Source: an uncultured Erysipelotrichaceae bacterium
Lineage (GTDB): Bacteria; Bacillota_I; Bacilli_A; RF39; UBA660
Assembly (NCBI GenBank): GCA_963535465.1
Contig: CAUSWF010000004.1
Span: 3,643 to 67,642, forward strand
Direction: 5' to 3'
Length of the DNA stretch: 64,000 nt
This document shows positions 30,798 through 42,126 of this stretch, in pieces. The translations under genes and the position numbers were made by a program. Every line of letters starts with the position of its first letter. The first letter of the stretch is position 1. Under the pieces are notes generated by a model, which worked only from the letters and a program-made list of their open reading frames with translations, did not search any database and was not told the DNA's origin.

Positions 30798-31067
30798 ATG
30801 GCAAGAAGTTTAAAAAAAGGTCCTTATGTATTCGAAAGATTACTTAAGAGAGTTCAAAATTTAAATAGTACAGGTAAAAAAGAAGTTATTAAAACTTGGT
30901 CACGCCGTTCTACTATTTTCCCTGATTTTATAGGACATACATTTGCAGTTCATAATGGTAAGGAATTTATTCCAGTTTATGTAACAGAAGACATGGTTGG
31001 ACATAAATTAGGTGAATTTGCATTAACACGTAAATTCGGTGGACACGGAGCTCAAAAGGCTAAATAA
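30798..31067 (+). CDS. rpsS: 30S ribosomal protein S19
   Basis: Sequence and synteny. Confidence 0.95.
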   Translation: MARSLKKGPYVFERLLKRVQNLNSTGKKEVIKTWSRRSTIFPDFIGHTFAVHNGKEFIPVYVTEDMVGHKLGEFALTRKFGGHGAQKAK

Positions 31068-31086
31068 ATTAAATAGGAGGTAAACA

Positions 31087-31419
31087 ATGGAAGCAAAGGC
31101 AATTGCAAGAGGACTTAGAGTTTCACCTATTAAGACTCGCTTAGTAATCGACTTAATTCGTGGAAAGAAAGCTCAAGATGCACAAAACATCTTAGCAAAT
31201 ATAAACAGTAAGCCTGCAAGAATGGCAAAGAAAGCATTAGATTCTGCTATTGCAAACGCTGTAAATAATGAAGGAGCAAAAGCAACTGATTTATTCGTTA
31301 CAGAAGCTAGAGTAGATGCTGGTCCAGTTATGAAACGTCACCTATTTGATTCACGTGGAAGAATTGGACATAAAGATCACAGAACAAGTCACATCGTTAT
31401 AGTAGTGGCTACTAAATAA
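31087..31419 (+). CDS. rplV: 50S ribosomal protein L22
   Basis: Sequence and synteny. Confidence 0.95.
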   Translation: MEAKAIARGLRVSPIKTRLVIDLIRGKKAQDAQNILANINSKPARMAKKALDSAIANAVNNEGAKATDLFVTEARVDAGPVMKRHLFDSRGRIGHKDHRTSHIVIVVATK

Positions 31420-31437
31420 TATAGGAGGTAACAGGAA

Positions 31438-32088
31438 ATGGGACAAAAGGTTAATCCTAATGGACTAAGACTTGGCATCAATAAAGATTGGGCTGCTAAG
31501 TGGTATGCTAATAAGATAGATTTTTCTACATTATTAGGAAAAGATTTAAAAATTAGAAAATATCTTTCTACTAAATTAGTAAACGCTGGCATTTCAAAAG
31601 TTGATATAGAAAGAACAACAAAACAAACAAACGTTGTTATATATACATCTAAGCCAGGTGTAATGATTGGTCACGGTGGAGAAGAAATAGAAAAATTAAA
31701 AGCTGAATTAACAAAATTATCAAATGAAAAGATTCAAATCTTAATCGTTGATGTTAAGAAAGCTGACATGGACGCTCAATTAGTAGCTGACTCTATAGCA
31801 AGTCAAATAACTAACAGAGCATCATTCCGTATGGCTCAAAAGCGTGCAATAAGAAATGCAATGAAAGCAGGAGCTAAAGGAATTAAAACTAAAGTATCTG
31901 GACGTTTAGGCGGAGCTGATATAGCACGTAGCGAAGGATATACAGAAGGAACAATCCCTCTACATACATTAAGAGCAGATGTTGATTATGCAACAGCAGA
32001 AGCTGATACAACATTTGGTAAGATTGGTGTAAAAGTATGGATCTATAAAGGAGAAATCCTAAATAAAAAGGCTAAAGGAGGTAATTAA
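31438..32088 (+). CDS. rpsC: 30S ribosomal protein S3
   Basis: Sequence and synteny. Confidence 0.95.
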   Translation: MGQKVNPNGLRLGINKDWAAKWYANKIDFSTLLGKDLKIRKYLSTKLVNAGISKVDIERTTKQTNVVIYTSKPGVMIGHGGEEIEKLKAELTKLSNEKIQILIVDVKKADMDAQLVADSIASQITNRASFRMAQKRAIRNAMKAGAKGIKTKVSGRLGGADIARSEGYTEGTIPLHTLRADVDYATAEADTTFGKIGVKVWIYKGEILNKKAKGGN

Positions 32089-32091
32089 TAT

Positions 32092-32505
32092 ATGTTGATA
32101 CCTGCAAGAACAAAGTATCGTCGTGTTCATAGATTACCTTATGAAGGCAAAGCACGCGGTAATACTAAATTAACAAATGGAAAATTCGGTCTAAAGGCTA
32201 TGACAGGTGCTTGGATTACAGCTAATCAAATAGAAGCAGCTCGTGTAGCTATGACTCGTTATTTAAAGCGTGGAGGTAAAGTTTGGGTTAATATATTCCC
32301 ACATCTACCATTAACAGCAAAACCTATCGGAACTCGTCAAGGTAAAGGTAAAGGAGCTGTTGAAGGATACGTTGCAGTAGTTAAGGCTGGCAAAATCATG
32401 TTTGAAATCGCTGAAGTTGATGAAGCATCTGCACGTGAAGCATTAAGACTTGCCTCACACAAATTACCAGTAAAAACAAAATTTGTAATGAAAGACGGTG
32501 AGTAG
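32092..32505 (+). CDS. rplP: 50S ribosomal protein L16
   Basis: Sequence and synteny. Confidence 0.95.
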   Translation: MLIPARTKYRRVHRLPYEGKARGNTKLTNGKFGLKAMTGAWITANQIEAARVAMTRYLKRGGKVWVNIFPHLPLTAKPIGTRQGKGKGAVEGYVAVVKAGKIMFEIAEVDEASAREALRLASHKLPVKTKFVMKDGE

Positions 32506-32701
32506 AATGAAGGTTAAAGAAATAAGAGAATTAACATCTGAAGAGATAATGAAAAAACTAGTAGAAGCAAAAGAAGAATTATTCAATTTACGTTTTGCAC
32601 AAGCTACAGGTAACCTAGAAAAACCTTCTAGACTAAGAGAATTAAGACATACCGTTGCAAGATATAAGACAGTTCTAAAAGAACGTGAGTTAAATAAATA
32701 G
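32498..32701 (+). CDS. rpmC: 50S ribosomal protein L29
   Basis: Sequence and synteny. Confidence 0.9.
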   Translation: MSRMKVKEIRELTSEEIMKKLVEAKEELFNLRFAQATGNLEKPSRLRELRHTVARYKTVLKERELNK

Positions 32702-32709
32702 GAGGAAAC

Positions 32710-32970
32710 ATGGAAAAGAAGACAAGAAAAGAATTAGTAGGAACAGTTGTTAACTCTACTAATAACAAAACAATCAATGTTTTAGTTGAAACTTACAAAA
32801 TGCATCCTCTTTATCACAAGAGAGTTAAAAGCTCTAAAAAATATTGTGTTCACGATGAAAAGAACATTGCTAATGTTGGAGATGTAGTTAGAATAGTAGA
32901 AACTAGACCATTATCAAAAACAAAACATTTTTATTTAAAAGAAATCGTAAAGAAAGCAGTTATAATTTAA
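32710..32970 (+). CDS. rpsQ: 30S ribosomal protein S17
   Basis: Sequence and synteny. Confidence 0.95.
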   Translation: MEKKTRKELVGTVVNSTNNKTINVLVETYKMHPLYHKRVKSSKKYCVHDEKNIANVGDVVRIVETRPLSKTKHFYLKEIVKKAVII

Positions 32971-32997
32971 CGCTTAGATGAGAAGGAGGAGTAAACA

Positions 32998-33366
32998 ATG
33001 TTACAACAAGAAAGTAGACTAAAAGTAGCAGATAACTCAGGAGCAAGAGAGTTACTAGTTATCCGTGTTTTAGGTGGAAGTAAAGTAAAAACTGGTAATA
33101 TTGGAGATGTAGTAGTAGGAACAATAAAAAATGCTATACCATCATCATCAGTACCTGCCGGAAAAGTTGTAAAAGCAGTTATCGTTCGTAGTCGTCAAGG
33201 CGTTCGTCGTAAAGATGGAAGTTATATTAAGTTCGATGACAATGCTTGTGTTATCATAAATAATGATAAGAACCCAGTAGGAACTCGTATTTTTGGACCA
33301 GTTGCAAGAGAGATTCGTGATGCAGGATATATGAAGATTATATCTTTAGCAAACGAAGTACTATAA
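32998..33366 (+). CDS. rplN: 50S ribosomal protein L14
   Basis: Sequence and synteny. Confidence 0.95.
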   Translation: MLQQESRLKVADNSGARELLVIRVLGGSKVKTGNIGDVVVGTIKNAIPSSSVPAGKVVKAVIVRSRQGVRRKDGSYIKFDDNACVIINNDKNPVGTRIFGPVAREIRDAGYMKIISLANEVL

Positions 33367-33376
33367 GGAGGATAAT

Positions 33377-33688
33377 ATGAACTTTAAAATAGGAGATGAA
33401 GTTGTAGTTATCACTGGTTCTGATAAAGGGAAAACAGGAAAAATTATTAAAACATTAAAAAACGAAAACAAAGTTATCGTTGAAGGTGTACACGTAGTAA
33501 AGAAAAATGAAAAACCAACAGGTATGAGCCAAGGTGGAATCGTTGATAAAACTTTACCTATCAATGCATCAAACGTAATGTTAATAGATCCTAAAACTAA
33601 AAAAAGAACTAGAGTAGGATATACAACAGATAAAAAAACAAACAAAAAAATAAGAATAGCTAAAAAATCAAACGAGAAGCTTGATTAA
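33377..33688 (+). CDS. rplX: 50S ribosomal protein L24
   Basis: KOW motif; synteny. Confidence 0.95.
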   Translation: MNFKIGDEVVVITGSDKGKTGKIIKTLKNENKVIVEGVHVVKKNEKPTGMSQGGIVDKTLPINASNVMLIDPKTKKRTRVGYTTDKKTNKKIRIAKKSNEKLD

Positions 33689-33705
33689 TTGAAAGGAGGA
33701 CAATT

Positions 33706-34245
33706 ATGAACCGCCTAAAAGAGAAATATATAAATGAAGTTGTTCCAAGCTTAAAGAACAAACACAATTATAAATCAATTATGGAAACACCAAAATTAGA
33801 AAAAATAGTAGTTAATATGGGTGTTGGTGATTCAGTAGCAAATTCAAAATTTATGGAGGCAGCAGTAGAAGATTTAGCATTAATTACAGGACAAAGACCA
33901 GTAGTTACAAAAGCTAAGAAGTCAATTGCAGGATTCAAGGTTAGAGAAGGACAAGCTATTGGATGTAAAGTAACTTTAAGAGGAGATGCAATGTATAACT
34001 TTATGGATAAGTTAGCATCAATAGCTCTACCTCAAGTAAGAGACTTCCGTGGAGTAAATCCAAAGGCATTTGATGGAAGAGGAAACTACACACTAGGATT
34101 AAAAGAACAATTAATCTTTTCAGAAATTGAATATGATAAAGTTGTAAAAGTTCGTGGTATGGACATTGTGTTCGTAACAACAGCTAAGAAGGATGAAGAA
34201 GCATTCGACTTATTAGATGGACTTGGAATTCCATTTAGAAAGTAA
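33706..34245 (+). CDS. rplE: 50S ribosomal protein L5
   Basis: Sequence and synteny. Confidence 0.95.
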   Translation: MNRLKEKYINEVVPSLKNKHNYKSIMETPKLEKIVVNMGVGDSVANSKFMEAAVEDLALITGQRPVVTKAKKSIAGFKVREGQAIGCKVTLRGDAMYNFMDKLASIALPQVRDFRGVNPKAFDGRGNYTLGLKEQLIFSEIEYDKVVKVRGMDIVFVTTAKKDEEAFDLLDGLGIPFRK

Positions 34246-34260
34246 AATGGGAGGAATATT

Positions 34261-34446
34261 ATGGCAAAAAAAAGTATGATTATAAAAGCTAATCGACCAA
34301 AGAAATATCAAGTTCGTGAATATTCAAGATGTTCACGTTGTGGTCGTCCTCACGCAGTTATGAGTAAATTCGGAGTATGCCGTATTTGCTTCCGTGAATT
34401 AGCTTACAAAGGACAAATACCAGGCGTTAAAAAGTCAAGCTGGTAA
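34261..34446 (+). CDS. rpsZ: 30S ribosomal protein S14 type Z (zinc-ribbon form)
   Basis: 61 aa with CSRCGRPH...CRIC zinc ribbon. Confidence 0.95.
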   Translation: MAKKSMIIKANRPKKYQVREYSRCSRCGRPHAVMSKFGVCRICFRELAYKGQIPGVKKSSW

Positions 34447-34467
34447 TTTGGAAAGGAGGATTTAAAC

Positions 34468-34869
34468 ATGGCAGTAGTAACAGATACAATCGCAGATATG
34501 TTAACACGTATCCGTAATGCTAACCAAATGCATTACAAAGAAGTAAGTATACCTGCATCAAATACAAAGAAAGAAATCGCTAAGATTTTAAAGGATGAAG
34601 GATTTATTGAAAACTACAAAATAGAAAATGACAATGTACAAGGAACAATCGTTGTTACATTAAAGTATACAGATAAAAAAGAAAGAGTTATCACTGGATT
34701 AAAGAGAATTTCCAAACCAGGTCTTAGAGTATATGTTAAAGGAGAAGAAGTTCCTAAAGTACTAAATGGATTAGGAATAGCAATCATCTCTACATCTGAA
34801 GGTATAATGACAGATAAAGAAGCTCGTAAGAAAAATATAGGTGGAGAAGTTCTAGCTTATATTTGGTAA
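34468..34869 (+). CDS. rpsH: 30S ribosomal protein S8
   Basis: Sequence and synteny. Confidence 0.95.
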   Translation: MAVVTDTIADMLTRIRNANQMHYKEVSIPASNTKKEIAKILKDEGFIENYKIENDNVQGTIVVTLKYTDKKERVITGLKRISKPGLRVYVKGEEVPKVLNGLGIAIISTSEGIMTDKEARKKNIGGEVLAYIW

Positions 34870-34891
34870 TTAAATATAAGGAGGTGTAAAT

Positions 34892-35422
34892 ATGAGTCGT
34901 ATAGGAAGTCGTATTATAAAAGTTCCTGAAACAGTTACAGTTACAAACAATAATGGAATTATTGAAGTAAAAGGACCAAAAGGAACATTAACTCAAAAAC
35001 TTGCTAAGAATATAGAATTAAAGCAAGAAGGAAATGAAATAACACTTACTGCAAAAAACGAAGAAGCAAATGCAATGCATGGAACAATGAATGCATTAAT
35101 CACTAACATGATTACAGGAGTTACTTCAGGATTTGAAAAGAAATTACAAATCACTGGTGTAGGATATCGTTTTAATGCACAAGGATCAAAATTAGTTATA
35201 AGTGCAGGATATTCACATCCAGTAGAAATGCAAGTTCCAGCAGGATTAACTATCGAAGTTAAAGACAATACTGAATTATCAGTAAGAGGAATAAGCAAAG
35301 AAGAAGTTGGAGAATTTGCTGCAAACGTAAGAAAAGTAAGACAGCCTGAACCTTATAAGGGTAAAGGAATTCGTTATAAAGACGAACATATTATCCGTAA
35401 GGAAGGTAAGAAAGCTGCTTAA
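34892..35422 (+). CDS. rplF: 50S ribosomal protein L6
   Basis: Sequence and synteny. Confidence 0.95.
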   Translation: MSRIGSRIIKVPETVTVTNNNGIIEVKGPKGTLTQKLAKNIELKQEGNEITLTAKNEEANAMHGTMNALITNMITGVTSGFEKKLQITGVGYRFNAQGSKLVISAGYSHPVEMQVPAGLTIEVKDNTELSVRGISKEEVGEFAANVRKVRQPEPYKGKGIRYKDEHIIRKEGKKAA

Positions 35423-35445
35423 TAAGTAGGAAGGAGAAATAATTT

Positions 35446-35808
35446 ATGATAAAAAAAGTATCACGTTCTGAAATGCGTCAAGTACGTCATGAAAGAATAA
35501 GAGAAAATTTATTTGGAACAAAAGAATTGCCTAGACTTAGTGTATTCCGTTCAAATAAGGAAATTTATGCACAAATCATAGATGATGAAAACAAGACTAC
35601 TCTTGTATCTGCTTCTTCATTAGAAAAAGAATTAAAACTTACTAATGGTGGAAATATAGAAGCAGCTAAAGTTGTTGGAAAAGCAATAGCTGAAAAAGCT
35701 AAGAAAGCTAAAATTACAAAAGTAGTATTTGATAGAGGTGGAAATCTTTATCATGGACGTGTTGCTGCTTTAGCAGATGCTGCACGTGAAAATGGACTAG
35801 AATTCTAA
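35446..35808 (+). CDS. rplR: 50S ribosomal protein L18
   Basis: Sequence and synteny. Confidence 0.95.
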   Translation: MIKKVSRSEMRQVRHERIRENLFGTKELPRLSVFRSNKEIYAQIIDDENKTTLVSASSLEKELKLTNGGNIEAAKVVGKAIAEKAKKAKITKVVFDRGGNLYHGRVAALADAARENGLEF

Positions 35809-35820
35809 TAGGAGGGTATT

Positions 35821-36330
35821 ATGCAAAAAAGAACTCATGAACCTAAAGAAAAACTATTTGAAGAATTAGTAATTGATGTAAAAAGCGTTGTTAAAGTAAA
35901 CAAAGGTGGACGTCAAAGAAGATTCGAAGCAATAGTAGTAATTGGGGATCGTAAAGGTAAAGTTGGATTAGGTATAGGAAAAGCTAATGAAGTACCTGAT
36001 GCAATCAAAAAGGCAATTCAAAAAGCCAATAAGAATTTAATCACAGTACCTCTAATTGATGGAAGAACAGTTGCTCATGAAGCAAATGGTAAGTCTGGAG
36101 CCGCTAAGGTTATGATTAAACCAGCTACAGCTGGTACAGGAGTAATCGCTGGAGGTTCAGTACGTGCTGTTCTAGAATTAGCAGGAATCCGTGATGTTGT
36201 TTCTAAATCTTTAGGAGCAAGAACAAAATTAAACATGGCACAAGCTGCAATTAATGCATTAGCATCTACAAAGACTGTAGAACAAATCGCAGCTATGCGT
36301 GGAAAAACAGTAGAGGAGATATTAGGATAA
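35821..36330 (+). CDS. rpsE: 30S ribosomal protein S5
   Basis: Sequence and synteny. Confidence 0.95.
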   Translation: MQKRTHEPKEKLFEELVIDVKSVVKVNKGGRQRRFEAIVVIGDRKGKVGLGIGKANEVPDAIKKAIQKANKNLITVPLIDGRTVAHEANGKSGAAKVMIKPATAGTGVIAGGSVRAVLELAGIRDVVSKSLGARTKLNMAQAAINALASTKTVEQIAAMRGKTVEEILG

Positions 36331-36773
36331 TGAAATTACATGAATTAGAAAAAAATATCGGTGCTACTCATTCAAAGAAACGTGTTGGACGTGGATCTGG
36401 AAGTGGACTTGGAAAAACTTCAGGACATGGACAAAAAGGACAAAAAGCTCGTAGCGGAGTAAGCATTTCAGGAGTATTCGAAGGTGGACAAACTCCATTA
36501 TATAGAAGACTACCAAAGAGAGGATTCTCTAACGCTCCATTCAAAATAAGATATGCAACAATCAATGTTGATGAACTTAACGCATTTGAAGATGGTGCAG
36601 TAGTAACTCCAGAAATCTTAAAAGCAACTGGTATTATTAAGAATCAATTAGATGGAATAAAAGTACTTGGAACTGGAGAATTAGAGAAGAAATTAACTAT
36701 TAAAGCTCATAGTTTTTCTGCAAGTGCTTTAGAAAAGATTAAAAAGGCAGGAAGTAAAGCTGAGGTGATCTAA
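36330..36773 (+). CDS. rplO: 50S ribosomal protein L15 (directly after S5; no L30 gene)
   Basis: Sequence and synteny; rpsE stop overlaps rplO start. Confidence 0.95.
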   Translation: MKLHELEKNIGATHSKKRVGRGSGSGLGKTSGHGQKGQKARSGVSISGVFEGGQTPLYRRLPKRGFSNAPFKIRYATINVDELNAFEDGAVVTPEILKATGIIKNQLDGIKVLGTGELEKKLTIKAHSFSASALEKIKKAGSKAEVI

Positions 36774-36774
36774 A

Positions 36775-38052
36775 ATGTTTAAAACAATGAAACAATTGTT
36801 TACTCATGAAAATAAAGATCTACGTAAAAGAATTTACTTCACACTATTATGTTTAACAATATTTATTTTAGGAACTTCAATTAGAGTTCCTGGAACAAAG
36901 AATTTATCGCATCAATTAGGATTTTTAGAATTACTAAATACTATGGGTGGTGGTGCATTAAAAAACTTCTCAATCTTTGCATTAGGAGTTATGCCATACA
37001 TCTCTGCTCAAATTATGATGCAACTATTACAAATGGATATCATTCCATACTTCTCTGACCTTGCAAAACAAGGAGCAACAGGAAGACAAAAGATAAATCA
37101 AATAACTAGATATTTAGGAATAGCATTCTCATTCGTTGAAGGTTATGCATTCTCATTAGCATTCTTAGGCAAAACAGCCTCACCAATGCAATATATCTAT
37201 ATTTCTACAGTATTAACTGCAGGAACAGCATTCTTATTATGGTTAGGAGATCAAATGACTCAAAAAGGAATAGGTAATGGAATCAGTATGATAATCATGG
37301 CTGGTATCATTGCATCTCTTCCACAAATGTTTATCGATGCATTTACAGCTCTAATACCATTAACAGGAACAGCCCAAGTTATAACATTTGGTATTGTTAA
37401 ATTCTTAATTTTCGTAGCTCTATACTTTGGAATAATAGTAGGCGTAGTATTTGTACAAGAATCTGAAAGAAGAATTCCGATTCAATATGCTAACAAATCT
37501 ACACAAGCAACTTATGGCGTAGCAGCACAAAGTTTTATGCCAATAAAAATTAATGCTGCAGGAGTAATCCCAGTTATATTTGCATCAAGCGTATTATCAA
37601 TTCCAGGAATATTAGCTCAAGTATTTAAGAATAGTGGATTCACATTATTTGTGCAAAAATATCTATCATATACAACTCCAGTAGGATTTGTAATATATGT
37701 ATTACTTATCTTCTTCTTCTCATATTTCTATACATTTATAGAATTAAAACCAGAAGATTTTGCTAAGAATTTACAAGAAAATGGTGGATATATACCTGGA
37801 ATTAGACCAGGAGAAGAAACAAAGAAATACTTAAGTAGTATTTTAACAAGAATTTCAGTGTTAGGATCAGTATTCCTAGTAGTTATTGCAGGACTACCAA
37901 TAATATTTTCTAAAGTTTCATCATTACCTACATCAGTAAGTATTGGAGGAACAGGATTATTAATCGTAGTTGGAGTAGCACTAGAAACTTATAAGCAACT
38001 GGAAGGAAGTATCTTAACTCGTGGTTATAAGAAAGGATACTCAAGAAGATAA
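36775..38052 (+). CDS. secY: preprotein translocase SecY
   Basis: 10 TM; position in spc operon. Confidence 0.95.
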   Translation: MFKTMKQLFTHENKDLRKRIYFTLLCLTIFILGTSIRVPGTKNLSHQLGFLELLNTMGGGALKNFSIFALGVMPYISAQIMMQLLQMDIIPYFSDLAKQGATGRQKINQITRYLGIAFSFVEGYAFSLAFLGKTASPMQYIYISTVLTAGTAFLLWLGDQMTQKGIGNGISMIIMAGIIASLPQMFIDAFTALIPLTGTAQVITFGIVKFLIFVALYFGIIVGVVFVQESERRIPIQYANKSTQATYGVAAQSFMPIKINAAGVIPVIFASSVLSIPGILAQVFKNSGFTLFVQKYLSYTTPVGFVIYVLLIFFFSYFYTFIELKPEDFAKNLQENGGYIPGIRPGEETKKYLSSILTRISVLGSVFLVVIAGLPIIFSKVSSLPTSVSIGGTGLLIVVGVALETYKQLEGSILTRGYKKGYSRR

Positions 38053-38053
38053 A

Positions 38054-38707
38054 ATGAAAAATATAATGTTTATAGCACCACCTGCTGCCGGAAAAGGCAC
38101 ACAAGCAGAAATGCTAAAAGAAAAATATAATATTCCACATATATCAACTGGAGATATTTTAAGAGAAGTATCAAAAGAAGATAGCGAATTAGGACAATAT
38201 GTATTTGAAACTTTAGCATCTGGTGGATTAGTAAAAGATGAAATAACTTATACATTAGTTGAAAATAGACTTAAAAGAGAAGACTGTAAAGAAGGCTACA
38301 TAATTGATGGTTTCCCAAGAAATATTGAGCAAGCCATTGAATATGATAAAATCTTAGAAAGACTAAATTATAAGCTTGGTAAGGTAATACTTATAAATAT
38401 CGATGAAAAAACACTAGAAAAAAGAATCACAGGCAGAAGAACTTGCGAAGAATGTCATGCCATTTACAATATAAATGATCCTGACAAGACACCAAAAGTA
38501 GAATCAGTATGTGATTTATGTGGAGGAAAGCTATATCAAAGAAGTGATGATAATTTAGATTCATTTCAAACAAGATATAAAAATTATCTTAATAAAACTG
38601 AACCAATTATAAATCACTATAAAAATAAGAAAGTACTATACGAAGTAGATGGTAATAAACCTATTGAAAACGTATTTGAACAGATAGATAATATTATTAG
38701 TAAGTAG
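38054..38707 (+). CDS. adk: adenylate kinase (zinc-finger LID)
   Basis: IAPPAAGKGTQ P-loop; CEEC...CDLCGG lid; ATG 38054 immediately after secY stop. Confidence 0.95.
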   Translation: MKNIMFIAPPAAGKGTQAEMLKEKYNIPHISTGDILREVSKEDSELGQYVFETLASGGLVKDEITYTLVENRLKREDCKEGYIIDGFPRNIEQAIEYDKILERLNYKLGKVILINIDEKTLEKRITGRRTCEECHAIYNINDPDKTPKVESVCDLCGGKLYQRSDDNLDSFQTRYKNYLNKTEPIINHYKNKKVLYEVDGNKPIENVFEQIDNIISK

Positions 38708-38718
38708 GAGGTAAGGAT

Positions 38719-39480
38719 ATGATAACAATAAAAAGTCCTAGAGAAATTGAACTTCTAAGAATTGCTGGAAATGTTGTCTATAAGACGCATAAATATCTAG
38801 AACCTATGATTAAAGAAGGAATAACTACAGCAGAACTTAATAGATTAGGTGAAGAATTTATAAGAAAACAAGGTTGTACACCATCATTTAAGGGTTGTGA
38901 AGGATATCCATATGCTATATGTATGAGTGTAAACTCAGAAGTAGTACATGGATTCCCTAGCAATTATAAACTTAAAAATGGTGATATAATAACTTTAGAC
39001 ATCGGCGCTTGTTGGAAGGGCTATCATGGAGATTCAGCTTGGACATATGCAGTAGGCGAAGTTGATGATGAAAAGAAATTTTTAATGGAACATACTAAAG
39101 AGTCTTTATTCAAAGGCTTAGAACAAGTAAAACCAGGACAAAGAATTGGAGACATTGGACATGCTGTAGAAGAATATGCACTAGCTCATAACTTAGGTGT
39201 AGTAAAAGAGTTATGCGGTCATGGTGTTGGAACAGAAGTTCATGAAGATCCAGAAGTATTAAATTATGGACCAGGAGGAACTGGACCAAAAATAAAAGAA
39301 GGAATGGTTATAGCAGTAGAACCAATGTTAACTGCAGGTAACCCGGATATCTATCTACACGACAATGATTGGACAGTAGATACAATAGATGGAAGACCAT
39401 CTGCTCACTATGAACACACTGTCGTAGTAACAAAAGATGGATATGAAATTTTAACAGGAGAGTTAAAGAAAAATGGCTAA
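38719..39480 (+). CDS. map: methionine aminopeptidase type I
   Basis: Sequence and synteny. Confidence 0.95.
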   Translation: MITIKSPREIELLRIAGNVVYKTHKYLEPMIKEGITTAELNRLGEEFIRKQGCTPSFKGCEGYPYAICMSVNSEVVHGFPSNYKLKNGDIITLDIGACWKGYHGDSAWTYAVGEVDDEKKFLMEHTKESLFKGLEQVKPGQRIGDIGHAVEEYALAHNLGVVKELCGHGVGTEVHEDPEVLNYGPGGTGPKIKEGMVIAVEPMLTAGNPDIYLHDNDWTVDTIDGRPSAHYEHTVVVTKDGYEILTGELKKNG

Positions 39481-39688
39481 AGAAGATACAATCGAATTAG
39501 AAGGAAAAGTTCTAGAAATTATTCCAGGTGGAAAATTTAAAGTACAACTAGAAAATGGACACATTGTGGAAGCTCACGTTTCTGGTAAAATCCGAATGAA
39601 TTATATTCGTATTCTAGCAGGAGATACCGTAATGATAGAACTTTCGCCTTATGATTTAACACGTGGGCGCATAACCTATCGTAAATAA
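39473..39688 (+). CDS. infA: translation initiation factor IF-1
   Basis: Sequence and synteny. Confidence 0.95.
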   Translation: MAKEDTIELEGKVLEIIPGGKFKVQLENGHIVEAHVSGKIRMNYIRILAGDTVMIELSPYDLTRGRITYRK

Positions 39689-39702
39689 TAGGAGGGAAAA
39701 AG

Positions 39703-39816
39703 ATGAAAGTAAAAGCATCAGTAAAACCAATTTGCGACAAATGCAGAGTAATTAAACGCAAAGGTAAAGTAATGGTAATTTGTGCAAATCCAAAACACAA
39801 ACAAGTACAAGGATAA
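39703..39816 (+). CDS. rpmJ: 50S ribosomal protein L36 (37 aa; below the 60-aa cutoff of the ORF track)
   Basis: Hand-translated [37 protein letters not shown] (C-x2-C...C-x4-H zinc ribbon); GGAGGG RBS at 39691. Confidence 0.9.
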   Translation: MKVKASVKPICDKCRVIKRKGKVMVICANPKHKQVQG

Positions 39817-39836
39817 TAAAATAGGAGGTGTATTAA

Positions 39837-40205
39837 ATGGCACGTATTAAAGGAGTAGATATTCCAAATAATAAACATATATGTATATCATTAACATATA
39901 TCTATGGAATAGGACAAAGTCTTGCAAAGACAATTTTAAAGAATGTAGGCATTGACCCAACAACTAAAACTGGAGATTTATCTCAAGAAGATTTAGTTAC
40001 AATCCGTGATGAAATTAATAAACATTTAACTGAAGGAGACTTACGTCGTGAAGTTAGCATGAATATTAAGACTAAGATGGAAATTAATTCTTACCAAGGA
40101 AGCCGTCATAAAAAAGGTTTACCTGTAAGAGGACAAAGAACAAACCGTAATGCTAGAACTCGTAAGGGTAAAGGTAAGGTTGTTGCTAACAAGAAGAAAG
40201 ATTAA
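39837..40205 (+). CDS. rpsM: 30S ribosomal protein S13
   Basis: Sequence and synteny. Confidence 0.95.
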   Translation: MARIKGVDIPNNKHICISLTYIYGIGQSLAKTILKNVGIDPTTKTGDLSQEDLVTIRDEINKHLTEGDLRREVSMNIKTKMEINSYQGSRHKKGLPVRGQRTNRNARTRKGKGKVVANKKKD

Positions 40206-40228
40206 TAATTTAAAGGAGGTAAATACTT

Positions 40229-40612
40229 ATGGCTTATAAGAGCAGAAAGAAAAAAGTTAAAAAGAATGTACCTGAAGGAATCGCAAGTATTCATTCAACA
40301 TTTAATAACACAATAACTACAATAACTGATGTTGATGGAAATGTAATTAGTTGGTCATCAGCAGGAGCTATTGGTTATAAAGGAAGTAAGAAATCAACTC
40401 CATTTGCTGCCGGATCTGCTGCAGAAGCTGCAGGAAAAGTAGCTTATGACATGGGAATGCGTAAAGTAGAAGTTCGCGTAAAAGGTTTAGGACCAGGACG
40501 TGAAACAGCTATACGTTCTCTACAAACTGCCGGTCTTGAAGTTACAGCAATTTCAGACGTAACACCAATACCACACAACGGATGCCGTCCACCAAAACGT
40601 CCTCGTGGTTAA
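40229..40612 (+). CDS. rpsK: 30S ribosomal protein S11
   Basis: Sequence and synteny. Confidence 0.95.
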   Translation: MAYKSRKKKVKKNVPEGIASIHSTFNNTITTITDVDGNVISWSSAGAIGYKGSKKSTPFAAGSAAEAAGKVAYDMGMRKVEVRVKGLGPGRETAIRSLQTAGLEVTAISDVTPIPHNGCRPPKRPRG

Positions 40613-40654
40613 TAGGTTTTAAATTTTAGTGGAAATATAAAGGGAGGTTAATTC

Positions 40655-41608
40655 ATGTTACAATTTGAAAAACCAAATTATAAAATAACTGATTCTATAG
40701 AAAGTAAATTCTATGGAAAATTTGAACTTGAACCATTAGAAAGAGGTTTTGGTACTACTATAGGAAATGCTTTAAGAAGAGTATTATTATCATCTCTTCC
40801 AGGAAGCACAGCTAGTAGTGTAAAAATTGAAGGAGTTCATCACGAATTTCAAACACTAGAAGGTGTTTATGAAGATGTAACAACTATAATTTTAAATTTA
40901 AAAGGAGTAGTTTTTAAAAACCACTCAAAAGAAACTAAAGTATTACACTTACATGCAGATAAAGAAGGAGAAGTAACAGCAGCTGATATAGAAGAAATAG
41001 CTGATGTTGAAGTTGTTAATAAAGACAAAGTTATAGCTCACTTATCTGAAGGTGCAACTCTAGATATGGATATTACTGTAACAAACGGTAGAGGATATGT
41101 TAAGAGTGAAGAAATAGAAAGAATTTTTGAAATTAATAAAATTGGAGAAATAGCAATTGATTCAGCATATTCCCCAGTTGAAAGAGTTTCATATAAAGTA
41201 GAACCTGCACGTGTAGGACAAAACGAAAACTATGATAAATTAGTAATAGATATTTGGACAAATGGTGCAATTAAACCAGAAGAAGCAATTGCATTAGCAT
41301 CACGTATCTTAATTGAACACTTAAACGTTCTAACTAATTTATCAGCAATCGCAGATGTTACAGGGTTAATGATTGAAAAAACTGAAGATCCTAAGGCAAT
41401 TGCATTAGAAAAAACAATTGAAGAGTTAGACTTCTCACAAAGAGCATATAATTGCTTGAAACGTGATGGAATTAATACTTTACAAGAATTAGTAAGTAAG
41501 AGTGAAACTGAAATAATGAAGATACGCAACTTAGGTAAGAAATCACTTAAAGAAGTATTAGATAAAGTTAGAGATTTAGGATTAACTCTACATGATGATG
41601 ATAAATAA
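40655..41608 (+). CDS. rpoA: DNA-directed RNA polymerase subunit alpha
   Basis: Sequence and synteny. Confidence 0.95.
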   Translation: MLQFEKPNYKITDSIESKFYGKFELEPLERGFGTTIGNALRRVLLSSLPGSTASSVKIEGVHHEFQTLEGVYEDVTTIILNLKGVVFKNHSKETKVLHLHADKEGEVTAADIEEIADVEVVNKDKVIAHLSEGATLDMDITVTNGRGYVKSEEIERIFEINKIGEIAIDSAYSPVERVSYKVEPARVGQNENYDKLVIDIWTNGAIKPEEAIALASRILIEHLNVLTNLSAIADVTGLMIEKTEDPKAIALEKTIEELDFSQRAYNCLKRDGINTLQELVSKSETEIMKIRNLGKKSLKEVLDKVRDLGLTLHDDDK

Positions 41609-41622
41609 TAAGGAGGACAACC

Positions 41623-42042
41623 ATGGCATATAGAAAACTTGGAAGAGATAGTAAACATAGAAGAAGTATGTTAGCTAATATGACAAAAGATGTAATTATG
41701 AATGAATCAATCGTAACTACAATAACTAGAGCTAAAGAAGTTCGTAAATTCGTTGAGAAGATGATTACTTACGGAAAGCATGCAGATTTAGTATCTCGTC
41801 GTAAAGCATTAGCTTTTGTACATAATGATAAGAAAGTTGTTGAAAAAGTTTTCAATGATTTAGCTAAACGTTATGAAAACAGAAAAGGTGGATATACTCA
41901 AATCTTAAAATTATCTGAAAGACGTGGAGATGACGCTTTAGAAGTAGTATTAAGATTAGTAGAAGAACCAGTTGCTGAAGAAAAGAAAGCTCCTAAAAAA
42001 GCTACAAAGAAAGCAACAAAGGAAGCTAAAACAGAAGAATAA
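41623..42042 (+). CDS. rplQ: 50S ribosomal protein L17 (Lys/Ala-rich C-terminal tail)
   Basis: Sequence and synteny. Confidence 0.95.
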   Translation: MAYRKLGRDSKHRRSMLANMTKDVIMNESIVTTITRAKEVRKFVEKMITYGKHADLVSRRKALAFVHNDKKVVEKVFNDLAKRYENRKGGYTQILKLSERRGDDALEVVLRLVEEPVAEEKKAPKKATKKATKEAKTEE

Positions 42043-42068
42043 TAGTATCATATGATACTATTTTTTTT
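42043..42068 (+). terminator. intrinsic terminator of alpha operon
   Basis: TAGTATCATATGATACTA plus T8. Confidence 0.6.
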
Positions 42069-42126
42069 ATGTTAAAGTAGTATCGATAGAGAAAATAAAA
42101 TGATATAATTTATAGAAGAGGTAAAT

